Virus record (IMG/VR): IMGVR_UViG_3300028558_000791
Location: 62,001-126,000 of that record
DNA: 64,000 nucleotides
Direction: 5' to 3' (one strand)
In this document: positions 17,426 to 27,172 of the stretch, piece after piece
Position numbering within the stretch: position 1 is the first letter of the stretch
Layout: each line of letters opens with the position of its first letter
Notes under the pieces: generated by a model
Seen by the model: the letters and a program-made list of their open reading frames with translations, nothing else
What the model was told of the DNA's origin: nothing
The model's database searches: none
Translations under genes and position numbers: made by a program

Positions 17426-18183
17426 AACCTGATAACCCCATTATCGTTGCTCTTGATTTTTCTGATTTGCAAGAGGCGCGAAAGGTAGTGGAGCGCGTTC
17501 GTCCCCACATTGGAATGATTAAGATTGGATTAGAGCTGTTCACGGCTTATGGTCGTGAGGCTCTGGAGATGTCATCTGACTATCAGATTCCAGTCTTTCT
17601 AGACCTTAAACTGAATGATGTGCCAACCACGGTAAGTAAAACTACTTCCGTGGTTTGTGCTTTATTGGCTAAGCATCCTGGACCTCATATCCTAAGTGTC
17701 CACTGCAATGGTGGGCCAGAGATGGTTCGAGATGCTATGAAGACAGTAATGGGATCTAATGTTACCATTGCTGGAGTTACCGTACTGACGTCTCTAGACA
17801 CTCCATATTTTCGACGTATGGGATTTGGAAACAGTCAGCCAGGTACTCGTACAGTAGTTACTGCTGGTGTTGGGTATGATTGTATGAATGAGCGCCCAGT
17901 ATATGATACCAAAGGAGATAGGGTGTATGATGGACTGAAACAGTTCATCTGTGCTCCTAATCAAATTCCATTGATGAAGAAACATTTCGCAGATTCAATT
18001 CTGATTACTCCGGGTATCCGAGCTGACGGCGATGATACCAATGACCATGCTAGAACTAAGCCGGTAGGGTATGCCCTTAAGAACGGGGCGACTTGGGTTG
18101 TAGTTGGCAGGCCGATTACCAAAGCCACAGATCCACGTGATGCGGCTGTATGGTTCGAGCAACAAGCTAAAAAATACGCTTGA
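17422..18183 (+). CDS. pyrF: Orotidine-5'-phosphate decarboxylase
   Basis: IIVALD, KIGLELF, FLDLKLNDVPTTV (DxKxxD), GVTVLTSLD, TPGIR, VVGRPITKA. Confidence 0.93.
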   Translation: MKPDNPIIVALDFSDLQEARKVVERVRPHIGMIKIGLELFTAYGREALEMSSDYQIPVFLDLKLNDVPTTVSKTTSVVCALLAKHPGPHILSVHCNGGPEMVRDAMKTVMGSNVTIAGVTVLTSLDTPYFRRMGFGNSQPGTRTVVTAGVGYDCMNERPVYDTKGDRVYDGLKQFICAPNQIPLMKKHFADSILITPGIRADGDDTNDHARTKPVGYALKNGATWVVVGRPITKATDPRDAAVWFEQQAKKYA

Positions 18184-18235
18184 AAAAGATTGCAATAAGG
18201 CGCTGCATAGCGGGGTATATGTTAGGTGAAGCCAT

Positions 18236-18309
18236 TCAGGGCTCGTCTAACGGCAGGATCGAGGACTCCGAATCCTCTGATATTGGTTCGAATCCAATGC
18301 CCTGAACCA
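18236..18309 (+). tRNA. tRNA-Arg(CCG)
   Basis: TCAGGGC/GCCCTGA, loop CT-CCG-AA, A73-CCA. Confidence 0.9.
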
Positions 18310-18332
18310 CTTTTTCATTGAGAGATTTGTAA

Positions 18333-18737
18333 ATGAAGTCTATTGGTAAGCTGGTATATAACCCGCGAACCCACCTAGCCTCTTCGGAGCGCTGGTTGGT
18401 ATTGATGTGCGATGATGAAATCTCGCGCTACTATCGTCACTTGTTTACCAAGGACTATCCTTACCTAAATGGTGAGAAGACTGGTAAGCTGACTCGTCCT
18501 GTATGGGGAACCCACGTCTCGATCATTCGAGGTGAGTTCATTCCAAACTTCAAGCTATGGCGAGCCGACGAGAACAAGTTGGTTGAGTTTACCTATGAAG
18601 GTGGCGTTATAGACAATGGTGAATACTATTGGTTAAAGGTTACCTGTCCATATCTTCTAGATTTGCGGGAGAAGTATGGATTGACGCGTGAGCCTCGATT
18701 CGGATTGCACTTAACCATCGGGAGAACTACAGAATGA
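18333..18737 (+). CDS. 2H phosphoesterase-like protein
   Basis: Two Hx(S/T)h motifs: GTHVSII and GLHLTIG, about 65 aa apart. Confidence 0.65.
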   Translation: MKSIGKLVYNPRTHLASSERWLVLMCDDEISRYYRHLFTKDYPYLNGEKTGKLTRPVWGTHVSIIRGEFIPNFKLWRADENKLVEFTYEGGVIDNGEYYWLKVTCPYLLDLREKYGLTREPRFGLHLTIGRTTE

Positions 18738-18810
18738 AATATATTACCACTGAAATTATTGCTTTGGTCTTTTTGGTTCTTGCCGTTGGCTATCTTATTT
18801 GGAGGCGATA

Positions 18811-19173
18811 ATGAGTGCCACGTTCACAATCGAATGTTGGGGATGTAGGAGATCCGTTTCTCGTCCCTATACAGACTACGATGATTCGCAACAAAAACTT
18901 GAAGAACTAAAAGCTGAGGGCTGGTGCCGTCGAGCTTTTGGCCCAAAGGGAGCGCCACAAAATTGGGATGAAGGCCCTTGGTTCTGTAGTAAAGAATGTG
19001 CCTACAGCTCCTACAATGCTGTTCAAGCGGAAGAGTATTGGAGAGATGAGGACTTCAAGGATTACTGTCAAGAGGCAAATATCCCGCCAGCTCTATGGGG
19101 CGCTTTGTTTTTCATTGGCCTAATCATGTTCTGCACAATGTTAGGAGACTGTTTTCATGCTGGAATACAATGA
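18811..19173 (+). CDS. Hypothetical protein, Cys motifs and C-terminal TM
   Basis: CWGC, CSKEC, hydrophobic tail; GGAGG SD. Confidence 0.65.
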   Translation: MSATFTIECWGCRRSVSRPYTDYDDSQQKLEELKAEGWCRRAFGPKGAPQNWDEGPWFCSKECAYSSYNAVQAEEYWRDEDFKDYCQEANIPPALWGALFFIGLIMFCTMLGDCFHAGIQ

Positions 19174-19825
19174 ATTCTATCTAAACCTTATTCGTCACGG
19201 TCAAACACCAACCAATCTCGATGGTAATACTGTCGGTCAGACGGGCGAATCGCCCCTGACTGGAAAAGGTCGTGAACAAGCGCGTCTCTTAGGAGAAAGG
19301 TTAGCCTACAAAGACTTGGCAACTTTCGATAAGGTTTACTCATCTGACTATACTAGAGCACACGATACTGCTAAGATTGCCACCGGCAACAATCAGAACA
19401 TTATCTTAGCTCCTGAGCTAAGAGAATATAGTGCTGGTGACTGGACTGGTAGTAAACGTAACGAAGTTTACAATGTGCCGTCTTTATTAAAGATGGCTGC
19501 GATGACAAGCGGGTTCTTACCTCCCAACGGAGAATCGTTGCATATGGTAGAACGCCGAGCCTCTAAGTGGCTCGAAGACACCATCTTGTACAATAAACAA
19601 GTACAAGAAGAGGCCGATAGGCGACATGTTAAAAAGTTGCCGCCTCAGAACATCTATGTATTCTCTCATGGAATGACAATTAAATGTCTACTCCATTATA
19701 TTATGGGCTTTGATCAAAGTTTTACCTGGAAAGTTACAATAGAGAATACATCAATATCTAAACTCTACTTTGACCACAAGGGGTGGCGTCTTATCACCAT
19801 TAACGACCATGCGCATTTACTATAA
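19157..19825 (+). CDS. Histidine phosphatase (PGM family)
   Basis: LIRHGQT, SSDYTRAHDTA, ELREYSAGDWTG, VFSHG. Confidence 0.9.
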   Translation: MLEYNEFYLNLIRHGQTPTNLDGNTVGQTGESPLTGKGREQARLLGERLAYKDLATFDKVYSSDYTRAHDTAKIATGNNQNIILAPELREYSAGDWTGSKRNEVYNVPSLLKMAAMTSGFLPPNGESLHMVERRASKWLEDTILYNKQVQEEADRRHVKKLPPQNIYVFSHGMTIKCLLHYIMGFDQSFTWKVTIENTSISKLYFDHKGWRLITINDHAHLL

Positions 19826-19834
19826 GAGGTCATC

Positions 19835-20353
19835 ATGGGAGCCCAGGAAAGAAAACGACAAAAACGTATCAAAGAATACGTTATCAATCGCGATGGCATG
19901 CTTTGCTGCTACTGCGACAAGGTGCTGATACCCGAAACCATTACAATGGAACATATCGTTCCCGATAGCAAACGCGGCACATTCAATACTACCAATCTCA
20001 CTGTTTCATGTTCTGATTGTAATAATAGGAGAGGTAATAAACCTTTCTTTGATTATTGTAAACAGTTTCATTGGGACGATGATAAGATGGGGAAATATAA
20101 GAAATTGTATTTCAACAATCTAAGAATCAAAGTTTTGAATATTGCCAAAGAAGAATGTATGAAAGAAGATCAGGTGATGCCGCAAGCCATCATCAAACAT
20201 GCCTGTCAGATCCTCAAAATTAAAGGAATGGATTTTGCTGAGTACGAGCAGGCATATCAATTTGAGATCAAGTTCGATGAACTGTGCGACCGCAAAAAGA
20301 TTAAGTATTGTTTCGAACAATTGATAAGAATTATAGAAGCAGATAGTACATGA
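19835..20353 (+). CDS. HNH endonuclease domain protein
   Basis: CCYC...TMEHIVP...NLTVSCSDCN. Confidence 0.85.
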   Translation: MGAQERKRQKRIKEYVINRDGMLCCYCDKVLIPETITMEHIVPDSKRGTFNTTNLTVSCSDCNNRRGNKPFFDYCKQFHWDDDKMGKYKKLYFNNLRIKVLNIAKEECMKEDQVMPQAIIKHACQILKIKGMDFAEYEQAYQFEIKFDELCDRKKIKYCFEQLIRIIEADST

Positions 20354-20377
20354 TATATTCCATTCAAGGAGAATATC

Positions 20378-20665
20378 ATGAGCTTGCAACCACTGAGAGA
20401 TTTTATTGTCGTCGAGATTCCTAAGGCATCTGAAGAGAAGGTTGGTTTGATTTTCAAGCCTGCCACCGTAGAGCAGAAGATTGTTACTGGCAAGATTGTT
20501 GCCGCAGGTTCTGGCTATTTAACGGATGGTGGCACTATCGTACCTTTGGAAGTCAAGGCTGGCGATACCATCTTGTTTAGTAAACAGATGTCAGTTGAAG
20601 TATCTCATAATGGTGAGACTTTGTTTCTTCTTCGTGAAGAGCATGTCCTCAGCGTTGTTAGATAA
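20378..20665 (+). CDS. groS: Co-chaperonin GroES
   Basis: LQPLRDFIVV, GKIVAAGSG, PLEVKAGDTILFSK, LREEHVLSVV. Confidence 0.92.
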   Translation: MSLQPLRDFIVVEIPKASEEKVGLIFKPATVEQKIVTGKIVAAGSGYLTDGGTIVPLEVKAGDTILFSKQMSVEVSHNGETLFLLREEHVLSVVR

Positions 20666-20692
20666 TCTCAAACAATAAATCACTCATTCAAC

Positions 20693-20718
20693 AAGCCGCT
20701 CTTATGGGCGGCTTTTGT
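20693..20718 (+). terminator. Intrinsic terminator after groS
   Basis: AAGCCGCTC-ttat-GGGCGGCTT followed by TTGT. Confidence 0.65.
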
Positions 20719-20724
20719 ATTACT

Positions 20725-21378
20725 ATGGATATTAAGCATTGCCCTCGCTGTCAACACAGATTTTTACAATCACAATATTACATGACAAAAGAACATAACT
20801 ACGTAGACTGCGATCGTTGTGGCCATTGGCAAGACGAACGAAGGCGCAAAGAAGTCTGCTCGCAGTGTAACAACATGCGCAAAACTATCGACCCCAAAGA
20901 GATTTTGTGCAATCGTTGTGGTGGATACCAGCGCCCAATTGGCTCTCATAATGAGCAATATTCTCATGGACTAGAGGATGTTTCGGTAACTGGTGGATAC
21001 GACTCATATCACATTTTTGATATGACCACTTACAAGTTCTCTATTTGTGAGAAGTGTCTTCGAGAGATGTTCAACCAGTTTGCCATCAAGCCAGCAGTCA
21101 TAGATCGAATGGGCGATATTAATGGATCATCAGATCCCTGGGCACAAGATCAAGAATGGTATGAGTATAGAGTCTGGAAAGATAATGGCGGACATCATCA
21201 AGCCTATCTAAATAAAACATGTAATTTGAAAAAAGACTGCCCCAATAAAGCAGTGTATACTCGTCGTATCAACGGAGACTTTTCCGAAGATTGCAGTTGT
21301 GAAGAGCATAAAACAGAAGATGGCGGTTCATATAAAAACGTCAAATTCATTCCAAACATATTGAAACCATTCCTATGA
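20725..21378 (+). CDS. Hypothetical multi-Zn-ribbon protein
   Basis: Several CxxC pairs; ends ILKPFL. Confidence 0.7.
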   Translation: MDIKHCPRCQHRFLQSQYYMTKEHNYVDCDRCGHWQDERRRKEVCSQCNNMRKTIDPKEILCNRCGGYQRPIGSHNEQYSHGLEDVSVTGGYDSYHIFDMTTYKFSICEKCLREMFNQFAIKPAVIDRMGDINGSSDPWAQDQEWYEYRVWKDNGGHHQAYLNKTCNLKKDCPNKAVYTRRINGDFSEDCSCEEHKTEDGGSYKNVKFIPNILKPFL

Positions 21379-21992
21379 AATCATATCCCTCAATTACCAA
21401 AGAAGTAAGGCAAGACATTTACATCTATGCTTTCGATAAATTAGACGGATCTAATATCCGTGCTGAATGGAATAACAAGAAGGGTTTCTATAAGTTTGGT
21501 ACCCGCACTCAGTTGACGGATGAGAAGACAATGCCATTCGGTCGAGCCATTCCGTTGATTCGAGAAAAATACGAAGAGGACTTGACAGCAGTTTTTAAAG
21601 AACAAGGTTACAAGGACGCATTGTGCTTTTTCGAGTATTGGGGACCCAGCTCGTTTGCCGGGAACCATAATTTTGAAGAAAAAATGGATGTAACTCTAAT
21701 TGATGTCAATCCGTACAAAGAGGGTATATTAGTCCCTACCGAGTTCATCAAGCTGTTTGGTCATCTTGACCTACCAAAAATTTGCTATGAAGGACACGTT
21801 ACAACAGAGTTGTTTGATAAAGTAAAGCAGTCTACACTTAAGGGAATGACTTTCGAGGGTGTGGTTTGCAAAGGCGCCAATGATAAAGCAACAAAAATGC
21901 CGATTATGTTCAAAATCAAATCGAAGGCATGGTTAGAGAAGTTGCGAGAGTACTGTAAGGGCGATCAGAATTTGTTTGAAAGGTTATCATGA
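21375..21992 (+). CDS. ATP-dependent RNA ligase-like nucleotidyltransferase
   Basis: Motif I FDKLDGSNIR, III FFEYWG, IIIa LIDV, IV FEGVVCK, V FKIKS. Confidence 0.75.
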   Translation: MKSYPSITKEVRQDIYIYAFDKLDGSNIRAEWNNKKGFYKFGTRTQLTDEKTMPFGRAIPLIREKYEEDLTAVFKEQGYKDALCFFEYWGPSSFAGNHNFEEKMDVTLIDVNPYKEGILVPTEFIKLFGHLDLPKICYEGHVTTELFDKVKQSTLKGMTFEGVVCKGANDKATKMPIMFKIKSKAWLEKLREYCKGDQNLFERLS

Positions 21993-23176
21993 AAAAGAAC
22001 GATATGGATATGTGGAAGAGCGCAGAATTTGCGGCAATGTTTTCTCAGACTGAGTTGACTGCCCATTCTATTGGGTTGGCACCGCTGTTCAAGTCCTTGG
22101 TCAATAAGACCTCCGGTCACGTCTCTGAGTATACTCATGAGGGTACCATCAAGGATGTTGAGGAAGATACGGAGAATATCGCGGAGGTTCAGGCTCACGA
22201 TAAGAGGCTTCAGAAGTACGTGGAAGACAAAGGCGGTCGCCTTATCTACCGCGAGATCAGAGGAGTTGGTGACCAAACCATCTATCTATGGAAAGATGGT
22301 ATCTTGGACCTGACCGTCTCTGGTAGCTACGTTAGCGTACAGGTCATGTCCCATGACCAGAAGTTTGTCGAAGAGATTCGAGATTACTTCAAGCCGATGT
22401 GGTTGCCTGCCGAGAAGAAAGGTCATATCTATGCTATCGTTCGCCAGGGTATGCACCTTGGTTTGAACAGCATTGGTAATGCGGGCATTCCCTTGGTGGC
22501 TGATAACTACACCAAGAAAGTGCAAGATGATTACAGATTCGCCATCAACGATTTGAACTCTGAGAGTCCATCGGGGCGCATTGTAATTATGCGAGGTCCG
22601 GCTGGAACTGGTAAGACCCACTTGATCCGTGCCATGTTGTTGCAGGTTCCTGACGCCATGTTCGTCTTGATTTCCCCCGAAGTGGTTACCAACCTAGCTG
22701 GCCCAGAGCTATTGCCATTGTTGATGAACTACCGTGGTGGTTCCACTGGACCAATCGTGTTAGTTTTGGAAGATGCGGATCGTTGCTTGGTTACCCGAGC
22801 CGATGAGAACATGAGCCTAATTCAATCTCTTTTGAACTTGGGCGATGGTATCTTGGGTTCGTTGCTAGATATTCGTATCGTGGCCACAACCAATGCCGAT
22901 GAGTTGAAGATGGAGCCAGCCATCATGCGTCCAGGTCGTTTGTCCAAGATGTTGGATGTAAATCATGTGGATTTTGAGACGGCCACAAGTATCTTTACCA
23001 GGCTATTGCCAGGTCTAGCTATGCCAGAAGTTCTAAAGAAGAATAATCCACATAATCCGTTGAAGATGACATTGGCTGAGGTGTATTCCTTGGCCCGCCA
23101 GAATGGCTGGAAAGCCTCCCCTCGTAAAGTAGAGGAAGAGAACGAAGACGAAGATGAAGACGATTGGGATGAATAA
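21989..23176 (+). CDS. AAA+ ATPase (classical clade, BCS1-like core)
   Basis: GPAGTGKT, VLEDAD, VATTN, AIMRPGRL second region of homology. Confidence 0.88.
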   Translation: MKKNDMDMWKSAEFAAMFSQTELTAHSIGLAPLFKSLVNKTSGHVSEYTHEGTIKDVEEDTENIAEVQAHDKRLQKYVEDKGGRLIYREIRGVGDQTIYLWKDGILDLTVSGSYVSVQVMSHDQKFVEEIRDYFKPMWLPAEKKGHIYAIVRQGMHLGLNSIGNAGIPLVADNYTKKVQDDYRFAINDLNSESPSGRIVIMRGPAGTGKTHLIRAMLLQVPDAMFVLISPEVVTNLAGPELLPLLMNYRGGSTGPIVLVLEDADRCLVTRADENMSLIQSLLNLGDGILGSLLDIRIVATTNADELKMEPAIMRPGRLSKMLDVNHVDFETATSIFTRLLPGLAMPEVLKKNNPHNPLKMTLAEVYSLARQNGWKASPRKVEEENEDEDEDDWDE

Positions 23177-23224
23177 TTAGGCATAAGGGGACAATCCTAT
23201 TAGATAAGATTGTCAGGAGACTTT

Positions 23225-23467
23225 ATGCAATCAGGCGAACTAATCGTAACAGGAAAAGATAGGGCTACAATTCCACTAAACGGAATTCCTAGTGAGGTTA
23301 AGGTTCATTTCATACATGAACTTGATCTTACTCCTTGCAATCCACATCACAGAGACTGTTTAGAATACGAAGTCCACGTAAGTCATCATCATCACAGCAA
23401 GTTTGTGTTGTTGATTAGGTGGGAAGTATCTGGTGTCCGCGAGATTAAGTGGAAAGTTTCTTACTAA
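23225..23467 (+). CDS. His-rich small protein, paralog 1
   Basis: MQSGELIVTG...PCNPHH...HHHHS...WEVSGVREIKWKVSY. Confidence 0.75.
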   Translation: MQSGELIVTGKDRATIPLNGIPSEVKVHFIHELDLTPCNPHHRDCLEYEVHVSHHHHSKFVLLIRWEVSGVREIKWKVSY

Positions 23468-23476
23468 GGAGACTCT

Positions 23477-23764
23477 ATGCAAACTGGAACTTTAACTGTA
23501 ACTGGCGAAGGAAAGACCGAGCTACCACTACGTGGTTGGCCTCGTGAGGTAATCGTGTTTTTCAAACCAAGTCACGATCCAGTTCCTTGCGACCCACATC
23601 ACCATCACCACCATGATCATTTGTCTTTCAAAATTGAGCATGAGGATGAAGACCACAGAGATCACCATAGACCAGGTCATCATCATCATGAACGAAAGTA
23701 CTTCTTAGAAATCAAGTGGAAAGTATCTGGCGTTCGTGAAGTTGAATGGGTAGTCTTTTACTAA
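23477..23764 (+). CDS. His-rich small protein, paralog 2
   Basis: MQTGTLTVTG...PCDPHHHHHH...HHHHE...WKVSGVREVEWVVFY. Confidence 0.8.
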   Translation: MQTGTLTVTGEGKTELPLRGWPREVIVFFKPSHDPVPCDPHHHHHHDHLSFKIEHEDEDHRDHHRPGHHHHERKYFLEIKWKVSGVREVEWVVFY

Positions 23765-23773
23765 GGCATTGTA

Positions 23774-24739
23774 ATGAAAGTTCTTGTATACGGATGGTAT
23801 CATCAAGGCAACATCGGCGATGATCTATTTATGGATGCCTTCTGCTATTTGTTTCCCAATATTAGCTTTGAATTTACAGAGAAAATAACTGCTGACAAGC
23901 TCAAAGATATAGATGCCGTTTTCTTCGGAGGCGGCTCTTTTCTTTTAGATGCTCCTAACATTAGCAGTGACGCACTTCAGATTATGGCCACTAAGAAAGT
24001 GTTCTATCTAGGCGTAGGCATAGAGACTAACATCCATCCAACACATCAAGCGTTGCTATCTCATGCATCGTTGATTGCAACTCGTTCTTTAGAACAAGTA
24101 GAAAAAATAAAGTCATTCAATCATAACGTTAGATTTGTGCCTGATTTAGTGTATGCTTTGCAACCAAAAATAAAAGAAGCGACTCCGATTGATAAATCTG
24201 TGTTGGTTATGACTAACATATCGGTAGTTCCACATAATGCAGATCCACATTGGAAACATGCCGCTTGGGCATATTTCAAGTCAGAGTTCGGTCAATTTTT
24301 GGACTGGTTGGTAGATTCTGGTTACAAGCCACAATTATTTTCAATGTGTCAGGGAATTAATTTAGATGATAGTTGGGCCTCGGCTGAGCTGGTTAATTCT
24401 CTAAGTAAGAGAAGTCGCAATAGACTTATGATGGAAAAACCTACTGGTATTGAACAAGTATCAGAACTTATCTCCAGACATGAAATGCTTATTACCCAGC
24501 GATTTCATGGCATTGTTCTGGCCGAGATGACCAGGACGCCATACATAGCCATTCACCATCATGACAAGTTGAAGTTCAGTCAACCAAACGAAGGAACCTT
24601 CCTTTCCTACTATAATAGTTCCAAGTTGTCCTACATAAGTGCCTTTGAGAAAACAATAAAGATGAATTTCTCTGACACTCTGCCAATAGAATCAAATATC
24701 TTCAAGACTCTTGTTGAAGAGGTCGGGAGTCTTTTATGA
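23774..24739 (+). CDS. Polysaccharide pyruvyl transferase family protein
   Basis: GWYHQGNIGDD, FFGGGSFL, LGVGI, PDLV, RFHGIVLA. Confidence 0.85.
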   Translation: MKVLVYGWYHQGNIGDDLFMDAFCYLFPNISFEFTEKITADKLKDIDAVFFGGGSFLLDAPNISSDALQIMATKKVFYLGVGIETNIHPTHQALLSHASLIATRSLEQVEKIKSFNHNVRFVPDLVYALQPKIKEATPIDKSVLVMTNISVVPHNADPHWKHAAWAYFKSEFGQFLDWLVDSGYKPQLFSMCQGINLDDSWASAELVNSLSKRSRNRLMMEKPTGIEQVSELISRHEMLITQRFHGIVLAEMTRTPYIAIHHHDKLKFSQPNEGTFLSYYNSSKLSYISAFEKTIKMNFSDTLPIESNIFKTLVEEVGSLL

Positions 24740-24751
24740 TGGTTGGTATAA

Positions 24752-26032
24752 ATGGCACGCTATATCGGAGTGAAGAACAATCGCATCTGCGTAGTATCGG
24801 ACAATTTATTCAATAATGCCGGGCTGGATGTAATCGAAATCCCACCTGAGTTGTCCCATGTGTCTCCTGCCGATTTATTAACCACCTGCGTTGTTATCAA
24901 TGGAAAGATAAAATGCAAGTGTTCCAAGAAACCAACTAATGAAATACGATTAGCATTAGTAGGTAATTGGAAAATGAGATGTGGAATTGCCACATACTCA
25001 GAAAACCTTTGGCCAGAAGTCGCTAAACATGTTGGCGATTTTAAACTTTTCATAGAGAAGAATGATATTACAACTGGTGATGTACATCAGTTTGGAGATC
25101 AAACATTATCAGAGGACCAAGTTGTTGCCTGCTGGAAGCGTGGCGAATCTTTGCAGCCCCTGATTCAAGAACTCAAAGATTTTGATCCAGACATCATTTG
25201 GATTCAACATGAGTTTGGTTTGTGGCCTAACGCCAGTTACTGGTTGTCCATGATGAGCCAATTGGGCGACTATCGTGTCATTGTAACCATGCATTCTGTT
25301 TTCCATCACAAAGATAAAACAATTGTCGAAGCAGCTATGCCAGAAATTGTAACTCATTTGGAAGGTGGACGAGTTCTTCTCAAAGAAGAGAAGGGTCTCA
25401 GTTCTAAAGTATACGTCATCCCACACGGCTGCTACAAGTTCGACAACCAGCGTTTGTGGAATTTCTACAAGTCCGACAAAACGTTTATGCAGTTTGGCTT
25501 CGGCTTCCGCTACAAGGGCTGGGAGAATTCTATAAGAGCCACTGCGATTCTTAAAGAGAAGTATCCTGACGTTTTCTTCACCGGGCTGTTCTCCGAATCG
25601 CCATACGCCAAGCTTGACCACCAAATCTATTACAACGAACTAATGAGTTTGGTTAGTGAGTTGGGTATTCAAGAGAACGTTGCAATTATACGTGGCTATC
25701 AGTCTGATGAAGTGTTGGATAGTTTCTTGCGTACCAACCAAGCAACTATCTTCCCATACGTCTCCCATCCACAGCACGAAGTGTTCGGGGCATCTGGAGC
25801 TGCACGCATGGCAATGTCCAGAGGATTACCAGTAGTTACATCTTCCGTCAACCATTTCTCTGATTTACCAACTATGAAGGCTGATACTCCTGAAGATATT
25901 GCTGCTGCCCTAGAAATTCTTTTCACAGTACCAAGTGCTAGAGAAAAGCAATTGCAATCTCAAATGGCCTATCTCAATGAAAACACTTGGGAAAATATCG
26001 GTTTACGTTACGCCCAGATATTCGGCGAATGA
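24752..26032 (+). CDS. GT-B glycosyltransferase (GT4-like) with N-terminal extension
   Basis: CGIATYS, WIQHEFG, VTMH, VIPHG, FGFGFRYKGWE, ASGAARMAMSRGLPVVTS. Confidence 0.85.
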   Translation: MARYIGVKNNRICVVSDNLFNNAGLDVIEIPPELSHVSPADLLTTCVVINGKIKCKCSKKPTNEIRLALVGNWKMRCGIATYSENLWPEVAKHVGDFKLFIEKNDITTGDVHQFGDQTLSEDQVVACWKRGESLQPLIQELKDFDPDIIWIQHEFGLWPNASYWLSMMSQLGDYRVIVTMHSVFHHKDKTIVEAAMPEIVTHLEGGRVLLKEEKGLSSKVYVIPHGCYKFDNQRLWNFYKSDKTFMQFGFGFRYKGWENSIRATAILKEKYPDVFFTGLFSESPYAKLDHQIYYNELMSLVSELGIQENVAIIRGYQSDEVLDSFLRTNQATIFPYVSHPQHEVFGASGAARMAMSRGLPVVTSSVNHFSDLPTMKADTPEDIAAALEILFTVPSAREKQLQSQMAYLNENTWENIGLRYAQIFGE

Positions 26033-26074
26033 AATTAACGATAAAAAACGATATGATCTATGAAATTAACGATA
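26029..26074 (+). repeat. 15-bp direct repeat with 31-bp period
   Basis: ATGAAATTAACGATA at 26029-26043 and 26060-26074, with a partial AACGATA between. Confidence 0.8.
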
Positions 26075-26111
26075 TATAGGTGATTGACATCAATTAACCC
26101 GAGGAGAAAGC

Positions 26112-27077
26112 ATGTCAAACCCTAATTACACCTTAGAAATTATCAGCCACCACCCTAAATTCAATAACAAATCGTTGCGCAAATACTATGTGGATGGAAT
26201 TGAAACAGTAGGAGCTTGGGGCGATGAGCCCTTTGAGATCCGTTTCAAGAACAACACCTGGCAAAAAGTTCAGGTAAAGATCACACTCGATGGAACTGAT
26301 GTTCTAACTGGTAAGCCAGGTGACACTCAGGTCTCCAAAGACATGTGGGTCGTCAATGGTTACGGAACCCTATCACTCAAGGCTTGGCCAGAAACTAACA
26401 ATGGCGGAGCCGCTTTCGTTTTTACCGGCGCTGAAAAGAGCGTTGCAGTTCATACTCATGGAGACTTATCTAGCCGTGGTATCATCGCTGCCGCTGTCTT
26501 CACTGAAGGCCATGTAGAGCCAATTACATATGCACCAGCAGTATATCACCATCATCACTATGATAACATCAGACGTTGTAAGGGAATGGGTGGAGGATAC
26601 TACGGCGGTGGTACCATTATTGGTGGAGGAATCACTTATACTGCTGGCAACACTGGCAGCCTCGGCGGAACTCTGTCTTCCAATACAATCAGCCTAAATA
26701 ATGCTAGCGCGTCCTCAGCCTCTGCTAATTACTTTAGTGATGCAAGAGAGATTAGTGATAGTGATGGATTAAGTGAGGGAGCAGCTTCGTTTGACACTCT
26801 AGTATCAGTAGGTGCTGGAGAGCATGTTGATCAGAAGATCAGTTATGTAACCGGGCTAATCAAGCCTCTCTTTACTGAGACTGTTAGGGTCAAGTATCTA
26901 TGGTGGGATGATTTGACTGCCAAGCTACGTACTGAGACTCATGCTAGACCACAGCCTTCTGGATTTCCAGGTGACGATGAACGAAAGAACATTGACCTGA
27001 AATGTACTCCAAGAGTTGGAGGGAAGCAAGGATCATTTCGTCGAGTAGAACAACCACAAGTGTTTGATCGATTCTAA
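26112..27077 (+). CDS. Uncharacterised protein with beta-rich N-terminal domain and Gly/Ser-rich linker
   Basis: FEIRFKN...ITLDGTDVLTG...GIIAAAVFTE; low-complexity middle; GAGGAG SD. Confidence 0.8.
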   Translation: MSNPNYTLEIISHHPKFNNKSLRKYYVDGIETVGAWGDEPFEIRFKNNTWQKVQVKITLDGTDVLTGKPGDTQVSKDMWVVNGYGTLSLKAWPETNNGGAAFVFTGAEKSVAVHTHGDLSSRGIIAAAVFTEGHVEPITYAPAVYHHHHYDNIRRCKGMGGGYYGGGTIIGGGITYTAGNTGSLGGTLSSNTISLNNASASSASANYFSDAREISDSDGLSEGAASFDTLVSVGAGEHVDQKISYVTGLIKPLFTETVRVKYLWWDDLTAKLRTETHARPQPSGFPGDDERKNIDLKCTPRVGGKQGSFRRVEQPQVFDRF

Positions 27078-27125
27078 TCGACACGGAGATAGAAAGTTAT
27101 TTCTATCTCATTTTATGGGAGCGTC

Positions 27126-27153
27126 TTGACAGCGCATTCGTAGAAATTATGTT
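27126..27153 (+). promoter_or_regulatory. Sigma70-like promoter
   Basis: TTGACA-N16-TATGTT. Confidence 0.55.
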
Positions 27154-27172
27154 AGGGGCACGAGGTAGAACT

